A stretch of DNA of 64,000 bases, taken from NCBI GenBank assembly GCA_964016885.1, contig OZ024743.1:270072001-270136000 (forward strand), read 5' to 3'. The DNA is from Eledone cirrhosa. Its lineage: Eukaryota. A model generated the notes under the pieces. It was not told the DNA's origin. It made no database searches and worked only from the letters and a program-made list of their open reading frames with translations. A program made the position numbers and the translations under genes. Positions 50,940-61,700 of the stretch are shown piece after piece; the first letter of the stretch is position 1; each line of letters opens with the position of its first letter.

Positions 50940-53900
50940 AGTAGTGTTTGAGGTGGTGTGGATGTTAGTGGTGTTGGTAGTAGTGTTTGAGGTGGTGGTG
51001 GTGTTAGAGGTGTTGGTAGTAGTGTTGGAGGTGGTGTTGATGTTAGTGGTGTTGGTAGTAGTGTTTGACGTGGTGTTGATGTTAGTGCTGTTGGTAGTAG
51101 TGTTTGAGGTGGTGGTGGTGTTAGTGGTGTTGGTAGTAGTGTTTGAGGTGGTGTTGATGTTAGCGGTGTTGGTAGTAGTGTTTGAGGAGGTGTTGATGTT
51201 AGTGGTGTTGGTAGTAGTGTTTGAGGTGGTGTTGATGTTAGTGGTGTTGGTAGTAGTGTTTGAGGAGGTGTTGATGTTAGTGGTGTTGGTAGTAGTGTTT
51301 GAGGTGGTGTTGATGTTAGTGGTGTTGGGGGTAGTGTTTGAGGTGGTGTTGATATTAGCGGTGTTGGTAGTAGTGTTTGAGGTGGTGTTGATGTTAGTGG
51401 TGTTGGGGGTAGTGTTTGAGGTGGTGTTGATGTTAGCGGTGTTGGTAGTAGTGTTTGAGGAGGTGTTGATGTTAGTGGTGTTGGTAGTAGTGTTTGAGGT
51501 GGTGGTGGTGTTAGAGGTGTTGGTAGTAGTGTTTGAGGTGGTGTTGATGTTAGTGGTGTTGGTAGTAGTGTTTGAGGTGGTGTTGATGTTAGTGGTGTTG
51601 GTAGTAGTGTTTGAGGAGGTGTTGATGTTAGTGGTGTTGGTAGTAGTGTTTGAGGAGGTGTTGATGTTAGTGGTGTTGGTAGTAGTGTTTCAGGAGGTGT
51701 TGATGTTAGTGGTGTTGGGTGTAGTGTTTGAGGTGGTGTTGATGTTAGTGGTGTTGGTAGTAGTGTTTGAGGTGGTGGTGGTGTTATTGGTGTTGGTAGT
51801 AGTGTTTGAGGTGGTGTTGATGTTAGCGGTGTTGGTAGTAGTGTTTGAGGAGGTGTTGATGTTAGTGGTGTTGGTAGTAGTGTTTGAGGTGGTGTTGATG
51901 TTAGTGGTGTTGGTAGTAGTGTTTGAGGAGGTGTTGATGTTAGTGGTGTTGGTAGTAGTGTTTGAGGTGGTGTTGATGTTAGTGGTGTTGGGGGTAGTGT
52001 TTGAGGTGGTGTTGATGTTAGCGGTGTTGGTAGTAGCGTTTGAGGTGGTGTTGATGTTAGTGGTGTTGGGGGTAGTGTTTGAGGTGGTGTTGGTGTTAGT
52101 GGTGTTGGTAGTAGTCTTTGAGGTGGTGTTGATGTTAGTGGTATTGGTAGTAGTGTTTGAGGTGGTGTTGATGTTAGTGGTGTTGGTAGTAGTGTTTGAG
52201 GTGGTGTTGATGTTAGTGGTGTTGGGGGTAGTGTTTGAGGTGGTGTTGATGTTAGTGGTGTTGGTAGTAGTGTCTGAGGTGGTGTTGATGTTAGTGGTGT
52301 TGGTAGTAGTGTTTGAGGTGGTGTTGATGCTAGTGGTGTTGGTAGTAGTGTTTGAGGTGGTGTTGATGTTAGTGGTGTTGGTAGTAGTGTTTGAGTTGGT
52401 GTTGATGTTAGTGGTGTTGGTAGTAGTGTTTGAGGTGGTGTTGATGTTAGTGGTGTTGGTAGTAGTGTTTGAGGTGGTGTTGATGTTAGTGGTGTTGGTA
52501 GTAGTGTTTGAGGTGGTGTTGATGTTAGTGGTGTTGGTAGTAGTGTTTGAGGTGGTGTTGATGTTAGTGGTGTTGGGGGTAGTGTTTGAGGTGGTGATGA
52601 TGTTAGTGGTGTTGGTAGTAGTGTCGGAGGTGGTGTTGATGTTAGTGGTGTTGGTAGTAGTGTTTGAGGTGGTGTTGATGTTAGTGGTGTTGGTAGTAGT
52701 GTTTGAGGTGGTGTTGATGTTAGTGGTGTTGGTAGTAGTGTTTGAGGTGGTGTTGATGTTAGTGGTGTTGGGGGTAGTGTTTGAGGTGGTGTTGATGTTA
52801 GTGGTGTTGGTAGTAGTGTTTGAGGTGGTGTTGATGTTAGTGGTGTTGGTAGTAGTGTTTGAGGTGGTGTTGATGTTAGTGGTGTTGGGGTAGTGTTTGA
52901 GGTGGTGTTGATGTTAGAGGTGTTGGTAGTAGTGTTTGAGGTGGTGTTGATGTTAGTGGTGTTGGTAGTAGTGTCTGAGGTGGTGTTGATGTTAGTGGTG
53001 TTGGGGGTAGTGTTTGAGGTGGTGTTTATGTTAGTGGTGTTGGTAGTAGTGTTTGAGGTGGTATTGATGTTAGTGGTGTTGGTAGTAGTGTTTGAGGTGG
53101 TGTTAACGTTAGTGGTGTTGGTAGTAGTGTTTGAGGTGGTGTTGATGTTAGTGGTGTTGGTAGTAGTGTTTGACGTGGTGTTCATGTTAGTGGTGTTGGT
53201 AGTAGTGTTTGACATGGTGTTGTTGTTAGTGGTGTTGGTAGTAGTGTCTGAGGTGGTGTTGGTAGTAGTGTTTGAGGTGGTGTTGATGTTAGTGGTGTTG
53301 GGGGAAGTGTTTGAGGTGGTGTTGATGTTAGTGGTGTTGGTAGTAGTGTCTGAGGTGTTGTTGATGTTAGTGGTGTTGGTAGTAGTGTTTGAGGTGGTGT
53401 TGATGTTAGTGGTGTTGGTAGTAGTGTTTGAGGTGGTGTTGATGTTAGTGGTGTTGGTAGTAGTGTTTGAGGTGGTGTTGATGTTAGTGGTGTTGGGGGT
53501 AGTGTTTAAGGTGGTGTTGATGTTAGTGGTGTTGGTAGTAGTGTTTGAGGTGGTGTTGATGTTAGTGGTGTTGGTAGTAGTGTTTGAGGTGGTGTTGATG
53601 TTAGTGGTGTTGGTAGTAGTGTTTGAGGTGGTGTTGATGTTAATGGTGTTGGGGTAGTGTTTGAGGTGGTGTTGATGTTAGTGGTGTTGGTAGTAGTGTT
53701 TGAGGTGGTGTTGATGTTAGTGGTGTTGGTAGTAGTGTTTGAGGTGGTGGTGGTGTTAGAGGTGTTGGTAGTAGTGTTGGAGGAGGTGTTGATGTTAGTG
53801 GTGTTGGGTGTAGTGTTTGAGGTGGTGTTGATGTTAGCGGTGTTGGTAGTAGTGTTTGAGGAGGTGTTGATGTTAGTGGTGTTGGTAGTAGTGTTTGAGG

Positions 53901-56900
53901 TGGTGGTGGTGTTAGAGGTGTTGGTAGTAGTGTTTGAGGAGGTGTTGATGTTAGTGGTGTTGGGTGTAGTGTTTGAGGTGGTGTTGATGTTAGCGGTGTT
54001 GGTAGTAGTATTTGAGGTGGTGTGGATGTTAGTGGTGTTGGTAGTAGTGTTTGAGGTGGTGGTGGTGTTAGAGGTGTTGGTAGTAGTGTTGGAGGTGGTG
54101 TTGATGTTAGTGGTGTTGGTAGTAGTGTTTGACGTGGTGTTGATGTTAGTGCTGTTGGTAGTAGTGTTTGAGGTGGTGGTGGTGTTAGTGGTGTTGGTAG
54201 TAGTGTTTGAGGTGGTGTTGATGTTAGCGGTGTTGGTAGTAGTGTTTGAGGAGGTGTTGATGTTAGTGGTGTTGGTAGTAGTGTTTGAGGTGGTGTTGAT
54301 GTTAGTGGTGTTGGTAGTAGTGTTTGAGGAGGTGTTGATGTTAGTGGTGTTGGTAGTAGTGTTTGAGGTGGTGTTGATGTTAGTGGTGTTGGGGGTAGTG
54401 TTTGAGGTGGTGTTGATGTTAGCGGTGTTGGTAGTAGTGTTTGAGGTGGTGTTGATGTTAGTGGTGTTGGGGGTAGTGTTTGAGGTGGTGTTGATGTTAG
54501 CGGTGTTGGTAGTAGTGTTTGAGGAGGTGTTGATGTTAGTGGTGTTGGTAGTAGTGTTTGAGGTGGTGGTGGTGTTAGAGGTGTTGGTAGTAGTGTTTGA
54601 GGTGGTGTTGATGTTAGTGGTGTTGGTAGTAGTGTTTGAGGTGGTGTTGATGTTAGTGGTGTTGGTAGTAGTGTTTGAGGAGGTGTTGATGTTAGTGGTG
54701 TTGGTAGTAGTGTTTGAGGAGGTGTTGATGTTAGTGGTGTTGGTAGTAGTGTTTCAGGAGGTGTTGATGTTAGTGGTGTTGGGTGTAGTGTTTGAGGTGG
54801 TGTTGATGTTAGTGGTGTTGGTAGTAGGGTTTGAGGTGGTGGTGGTGTTAGTGGTGTTGGTAGTAGTGTTTGAGGTGGTGTTGATGTTAGCGGTGTTGGT
54901 AGTAGTGTTTGAGGAGGTGTTGATGTTAGTGGTGTTGGTAGTAGTGTTTGAGGTGGTGTTGATGTTAGTGGTGTTGGTAGTAGTGTTTGAGGAGGTGTTG
55001 ATGTTAGTGGTGTTGGTAGTAGTGTTTGAGGTGGTGTTGATGTTAGTGGTGTTGGGGGTAGTGTTTGAGGTGGTGTTGATGTTAGCGGTGTTGGTAGTAG
55101 CGTTTGAGGTGGTGTTGATGTTAGTGGTGTTGGGGGTAGTTTTTGAGGTGGTGTTGGTGTTAGTGGTGTTGGTAGTAGTCTTTGAGGTGGTGTTGATGTT
55201 AGTGGTATTGGTAGTAGTGTTTGAGGTGGTGTTGATGTTAGTGGTGTTGGTAGTAGTGTTTGAGGTGGTGTTGATGTTAGTGGTGTTGGGGGTAGTGTTT
55301 GAGGTGGTGTTGATGTTAGTGGTGTTGGTAGTAGTGTCTGAGGTGGTGTTGATGTTAGTGGTGTTGGTAGTAGTGTTTGAGGTGGTGTTGATGCTAGTGG
55401 TGTTGGTAGTAGTGTTTGAGGTGGTGTTGATGTTAGTGGTGTTGGTAGTAGTGTTTGAGTTGGTGTTGATGTTAGTGGTGTTGGTAGTAGTGTTTGAGGT
55501 GGTGTTGATGTTAGTGGTGTTGGTAGTAGTGTTTGAGGTGGTGTTGATGTTAGTGGTGTTGGTAGTAGTGTTTGAGGTGGTGTTGATGTTAGTGGTGTTG
55601 GGGGTAGTGTTTAAGGTGGTGTTGATGTTAGTGGTGTTGGTAGTAGTGTTTGAGGTGGTGTTGATGTTAGTGGTGTTGGTAGTAGTGTTTGAGGTGGTGT
55701 TGATGTTAGTGGTGTTGGTAGTAGTGTTTGAGGTGGTGTTGATGTTAATGGTGTTGGGGTAGTGTTTGAGGTGGTGTTGATGTTAGTGGTGTTGGTAGTA
55801 GTGTTTGAGGTGGTGTTGATGTTAGTGGTGTTGGTAGTAGTGTTTGAGGTGGTGGTGGTGTTAGAGGTGTTGGTAGTAGTGTTGGAGGAGGTGTTGATGT
55901 TAGTGGTGTTGGGTGTAGTGTTTGAGGTGGTGTTGATGTTAGCGGTGTTGGTAGTAGTGTTTGAGGAGGTGTTGATGTTAGTGGTGTTGGTAGTAGTGTT
56001 TGAGGTGGTGGTGGTGTTAGAGGTGTTGGTAGTAGTGTTTGAGGAGGTGTTGATGTTAGTGGTGTTGGGTGTAGTGTTTGAGGTGGTGTTGATGTTAGCG
56101 GTGTTGGTAGTAGTATTTGAGGTGGTGTGGATGTTAGTGGTGTTGGTAGTAGTGTTTGAGGTGGTGGTGGTGTTAGAGGTGTTGGTAGTAGTGTTGGAGG
56201 TGGTGTTGATGTTAGTGGTGTTGGTAGTAGTGTTTGACGTGGTGTTGATGTTAGTGCTGTTGGTAGTAGTGTTTGAGGTGGTGGTGGTGTTAGTGGTGTT
56301 GGTAGTAGTGTTTGAGGTGGTGTTGATGTTAGCGGTGTTGGTAGTAGTGTTTGAGGAGGTGTTGATGTTAGTGGTGTTGGTAGTAGTGTTTGAGGTGGTG
56401 TTGATGTTAGTGGTGTTGGTAGTAGTGTTTGAGGAGGTGTTGATGTTAGTGGTGTTGGTAGTAGTGTTTGAGGTGGTGTTGATGTTAGTGGTGTTGGGGG
56501 TAGTGTTTGAGGTGGTGTTGATGTTAGCGGTGTTGGTAGTAGTGTTTGAGGTGGTGTTGATGTTAGTGGTGTTGGGGGTAGTGTTTGAGGTGGTGTTGAT
56601 GTTAGCGGTGTTGGTAGTAGTGTTTGAGGAGGTGTTGATGTTAGTGGTGTTGGTAGTAGTGTTTGAGGTGGTGGTGGTGTTAGAGGTGTTGGTAGTAGTG
56701 TTTGAGGTGGTGTTGATGTTAGTGGTGTTGGTAGTAGTGTTTGAGGTGGTGTTGATGTTAGTGGTGTTGGTAGTAGTGTTTGAGGAGGTGTTGATGTTAG
56801 TGGTGTTGGTAGTAGTGTTTGAGGAGGTGTTGATGTTAGTGGTGTTGGTAGTAGTGTTTCAGGAGGTGTTGATGTTAGTGGTGTTGGGTGTAGTGTTTGA

Positions 56901-58700
56901 GGTGGTGTTGATGTTAGTGGTGTTGGTAGTAGTGTTTGAGGTGGTGGTGGTGTTAGTGGTGTTGGTAGTAGTGTTTGAGGTGGTGTTGATGTTAGCGGTG
57001 TTGGTAGTAGTGTTTGAGGAGGTGTTGATGTTAGTGGTGTTGGTAGTAGTGTTTGAGGTGGTGTTGATGTTAGTGGTGTTGGTAGTAGTGTTTGAGGAGG
57101 TGTTGATGTTAGTGGTGTTGGTAGTAGTGTTTGAGGTGGTGTTGATGTTAGTGGTGTTGGGGGTAGTGTTTGAGGTGGTGTTGATGTTAGCGGTGTTGGT
57201 AGTAGCGTTTGAGGTGGTGTTGATGTTAGTGGTGTTGGGGGTAGTGTTTGAGGTGGTGTTGGTGTTAGTGGTGTTGGTAGTAGTCTTTGAGGTGGTGTTG
57301 ATGTTAGTGGTATTGGTAGTAGTGTTTGAGGTGGTGTTGATGTTAGTGGTGTTGGTAGTAGTGTTTGAGGTGGTGTTGATGTTAGTGGTGTTGGGGGTAG
57401 TGTTTGAGGTGGTGTTGATGTTAGTGGTGTTGGTAGTAGTGTCTGAGGTGGTGTTGATGTTAGTGGTGTTGGTAGTAGTGTTTGAGGTGGTGTTGATGCT
57501 AGTGGTGTTGGTAGTAGTGTTTGAGGTGGTGTTGATGTTAGTGGTGTTGGTAGTAGTGTTTGAGTTGGTGTTGATGTTAGTGGTGTTGGTAGTAGTGTTT
57601 GAGGTGGTGTTGATGTTAGTGGTGTTGGTAGTAGTGTTTGAGGTGGTGTTGATGTTAGTGGTGTTGGTAGTAGTGTTTGAGGTGGTGTTGATGTTAGTGG
57701 TGTTGGTAGTAGTGTTTGAGGTGGTGTTGATGTTAGTGGTGTTGGGGGTAGTGTTTGAGGTGGTGATGATGTTAGTGGTGTTGGTAGTAGTGTCGGAGGT
57801 GGTGTTGATGTTAGTGGTGTTGGTAGTAGTGTTTGAGGTGGTGTTGATGTTAGTGGTGTTGGTAGTAGTGTTTGAGGTGGTGTTGATGTTAGTGGTGTTG
57901 GTAGTAGTGTTTGAGGTGGTGTTGATGTTAGTGGTGTTGGGGGTAGTGTTTGAGGTGGTGTTGATGTTAGTGGTGTTGGTAGTAGTGTTTGAGGTGGTGT
58001 TGATGTTAGTGGTGTTGGTAGTAGTGTTTGAGGTGGTGTTGATGTTAGTGGTGTTGGGGTAGTGTTTGAGGTGGTGTTGATGTTAGAGGTGTTGGTAGTA
58101 GTGTTTGAGGTGGTGTTGATGTTAGTGGTGTTGGTAGTAGTGTCTGAGGTGGTGTTGATGTTAGTGGTGTTGGGGGTAGTGTTTGAGGTGGTGTTTATGT
58201 TAGTGGTGTTGGTAGTAGTGTTTGAGGTGGTATTGATGTTAGTGGTGTTGGTAGTAGTGTTTGAGGTGGTGTTAACGTTAGTGGTGTTGGTAGTAGTGTT
58301 TGAGGTGGTGTTGATGTTAGTGGTGTTGGTAGTAGTGTTTGACGTGGTGTTCATGTTAGTGGTGTTGGTAGTAGTGTTTGACATGGTGTTGTTGTTAGTG
58401 GTGTTGGTAGTAGTGTCTGAGGTGGTGTTGGTAGTAGTGTTTGAGGTGGTGTTGATGTTAGTGGTGTTGGTAGTAGTGTTTGAGGTGGTGTTGATGTTAG
58501 TGGTGTTGGGGGTAGTGTTTAAGGTGGTGTTGATGTTAGTGGTGTTGGTAGTAGTGTTTGAGGTGGTGTTGATGTTAGTGGTGTTGGTAGTAGTGTTTGA
58601 GGTGGTGTTGATGTTAGTGGTGTTGGTAGTAGTGTTTGAGGTGGTGTTGATGTTAATGGTGTTGGGGTAGTGTTTGAGGTGGTGTTGATGTTAGTGGTGT
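50940..58700. repeat. Triplicated core of about 1.5 kb within 2,105-bp and 5,169-bp block duplications
   Basis: The TTTCAGGAG marker has its C at 51691, 54755 and 56860. ORF starts 53657/55762 differ by 2105; 52893/58062 and the minus-strand starts 53215/58384 differ by 5169. Confidence 0.9.
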
Positions 58701-61700
58701 TGGTAGTAGTGTTTGAGGTGGTGTTGATGTTAGTGGTGTTGGTAGTAGTGTTTGAGGTGGTGGTGGTGTTAGAGGTGTTGGTAGTAGTGTTGGAGGAGGT
58801 GTTGATGTTAGTGGTGTTGGGTGTAGTGTTTGAGGTGGTGTTGATGTTAGCGGTGTTGGTAGTAGTGTTTGAGGAGGTGTTGATGTTAGTGGTGTTGGTA
58901 GTAGTGTTTGAGGTGGTGGTGGTGTTAGAGGTGTTGGTAGTAGTGTTGGAGGTGGTGTTGATGTTAGTGGTGTTGGGTGTAGTGTTTGAGGTGGTGTTGA
59001 TGTTAGCGGTGTTGGTAGTAGTGTTTGAGGTGGTGTTGATGTTAGTGGTGTTGGTAGTAGTGTTTGAGGTGGTGGTGGTGTTAGAGGTGTTGGTAGTAGT
59101 GTTGGAGGTGGTGTTGATGTTAGTGGTGTTGGTAGTAGTGTTTGACGTGGTGTTGATGTTAGTGCTGTTGGTAGTAGTGTTTGAGGTGGTGTTGATGTTA
59201 GTGGTGTTGGTAGTAGTGTTTGAGGTGGTGTTGATGTTAGTGGTGTTGGTAGTAGTGTTTGAGGAGGTGTTGATGTTAGTGGTGTTGGTAGTAGTGTTTG
59301 AGGAGGTGTTGATGTTAGTGGTGTTGGTAGTAGTGTTTGAGGAGGTGTTGATGTTAGTGGTGTTGGGTGTAGTGTTTGAGGTGGTGTTGATGTTAGTGGT
59401 GTTGGTAGTAGTGTTTGAGGTGGTGGTGGTGTTAGTGGTGTTGGTAGTAGTGTTTGAGGTGGTGTTGATGTTAGCGGTGTTGGTAGTAGTGTTTGAGGAG
59501 GTGTTGATGTTAGTGGTGTTGGTAGTAGTGTTTGAGGTGGTGTTGATGTTAGTGGTGTTGGTAGTAGTGTTTGAGGAGGTGTTGATGTTAGTGGTGTTGG
59601 TAGTAGTGTTTGAGGTGGTGTTGATGTTAGTGGTGTTGGGGGTAGTGTTTGAGGTGGTGTTGATGTTAGCGGTGTTGGTAGTAGTGTTTGAGGTGGTGTT
59701 GATGTTAGTGGTGTTGGGGGTAGTGTTTGAGGTGGTGTTGGTGTTAGTGGTGTTGGTAGTAGTCTTTGAGGTGGTGTTGATGTTAGTGGTATTGGTAGTA
59801 GTGTTTGAGGTGGTGTTGATGTTAGTGGTGTTGGTAGTAGTGTTTGAGGTGGTGTTGATGTTAGTGGTGTTGGGGGTAGTGTTTGAGGTGGTGTTGATGT
59901 TAGTGGTGTTGGTAGTAGTGTCTGAGGTGGTGTTGATGTTAGTGGTGTTGGTAGTAGTGTTTGAGGTGGTGTTGATGCTAGTGGTGTTGGTAGTAGTGTT
60001 TGAGGTGGTGTTGATGTTAGTGGTGTTGGTAGTAGTGTTTGAGTTTTTGTTGATGTTAGTGGTGTTGGTAGTAGTGTTTGAGGCGGTGTTGATGTTAGTG
60101 GTGTTGGTAGTAGTGTTTGAGGTGGTGTTGATGTTAGTGGTGTTGGTAGTAGTGTTTGAGGTGGTGTTGATGTTAGTGGTGTTGGTAGTAGTGTTTGAGG
60201 TGGTGTTGATGTTAGTGGTGTTGGGGGTAGTGTTTGAGGTGGTGTTGATGTTAGTGGTGTTGGTAGTAGTGTTTGAGGTGGTGTTGATGTTAGTGGTGTT
60301 GGTAGTAGTGTTTGAGGTGGTGTTGATGTTAGTGGTGTTGGTAGTAGTGTTTGAGGTGGTGTTGATGTTAGTGGTGTTGGTAGTAGTGTTTGAGGTGGTG
60401 TTGATGTTAGTGGTGTTGGGGGTAGTGTTTGAGGTGGTGTTGATGTTAGTGGTGTTGGTAGTAGTGTTTGAGGTGGTGTTGATGTTAGTGGTGTTGGTAG
60501 TAGTGTTTGAGGTGGTGTTGATGTTAGTGGTGTTGGTAGTAGTGTTTGAGGTGGTGTTGATGTTAGTGGTGTTGGGGTAGTGTTTGAGGTGGTGTTGATG
60601 TTAGAGGTGTTGGTAGTAGTGTTTGAGGTGGTGTTGATGTTAGTGGTGTTGGTAGTAGTGTCTGAGGTGGTGTTGATGTTAGTGGTGTTGGGGGTAGTGT
60701 TTGAGGGGGTGTTTATGTTAGTGGTGTTGGTAGTAGTGTTTGAGGTGGTATTGATGTTAGAGTTGTTGGTAGTAGTGTTTGAGGTGGTGTTAACCTTAGT
60801 GGTGTTGGTAGTAGTGTTTGAGGTGGTGTTGATGTTAGTGGTGTTGGTAGTAGTGTTTGACGTGGTGTTCATGTTAGTGGTGTTGGTAGTAGTGTTTGAC
60901 ATGGTGTTGTTGTTAGTGGTGTTGGTAGTAGTGTCTGAGGTGGTGTTGGTAGTAGTGTTTGAGGTGGTGTTGATGTTAGTGGTGTTGGTAGTAGTGTTTG
61001 ACGTGGTGTTGATGTTAGTGCTGTTGGTAGTAGTGTTTGAGGTGGTGTTGATGTTAGTGGTGTTGGTAGTAGTGTTTGAGGTGGTGTTGATGTTAGTGGT
61101 GTTGGTAGTAGTGTTTGAGGTGGTGTTGATGTTAGTGGTGTTGGGGGTAGTGTTTGAGGTGGTGTTGATGTTAGTGGTGTTGGTTGTAGTGTCTGAGGTG
61201 GTGTTGATGTTAGTGGTGTTGGTAGTAGTGTTTGAGGTGGTGTTGATGTTAGTGGTGTTGGTAGTAGTGTTTGAGGTGGTGTTGATGTTAGTGGTGTTGG
61301 TAGTAGTGTTTGAGGTGGTGTTGATGTTAGTGGTGTTGGGGGTAGTGTTTGAGGTGGTGTTGATGTTAGTGGTGTTGGTAGCAGTGTTTGAGGTGGTGTT
61401 GATGTTAGTGGTGTTGGTAGTAGTGTTTGAGGTAGTGTTGATGTTAGTGGTGTTGGTAGTAGTGTTTGAGGTGGTGTTGATGTTAGTGGTGTTGGGGTAG
61501 TGTTTGAGGTGGTGTTGATGTTAGTGGTGTTGGTAGTAGTGTTTGAGGTGGTGTTGATGTCAGCGGTGTTGGTAGTAGTGTTTGAGGTGGTGTTGATGTT
61601 AGCGGTGGTGGTAGTAGTGTTTGAGGTGGTGTTGATGTTAGTGGTGTTGTTAGTAGTGTTTGAGGTGGTGTTGATGTTAGTGGTGTTGGTAGTAGTGTTT

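Noticed and set aside
5-61500. Dozens of + strand poly-Val/Leu ORFs (VVVFEVVLMLVVL)n
   Set aside because: They are a by-product of a 3n-length G/T repeat. The composition is implausibly hydrophobic, and starts and stops are set only by indel units and TAA/TGA variants.
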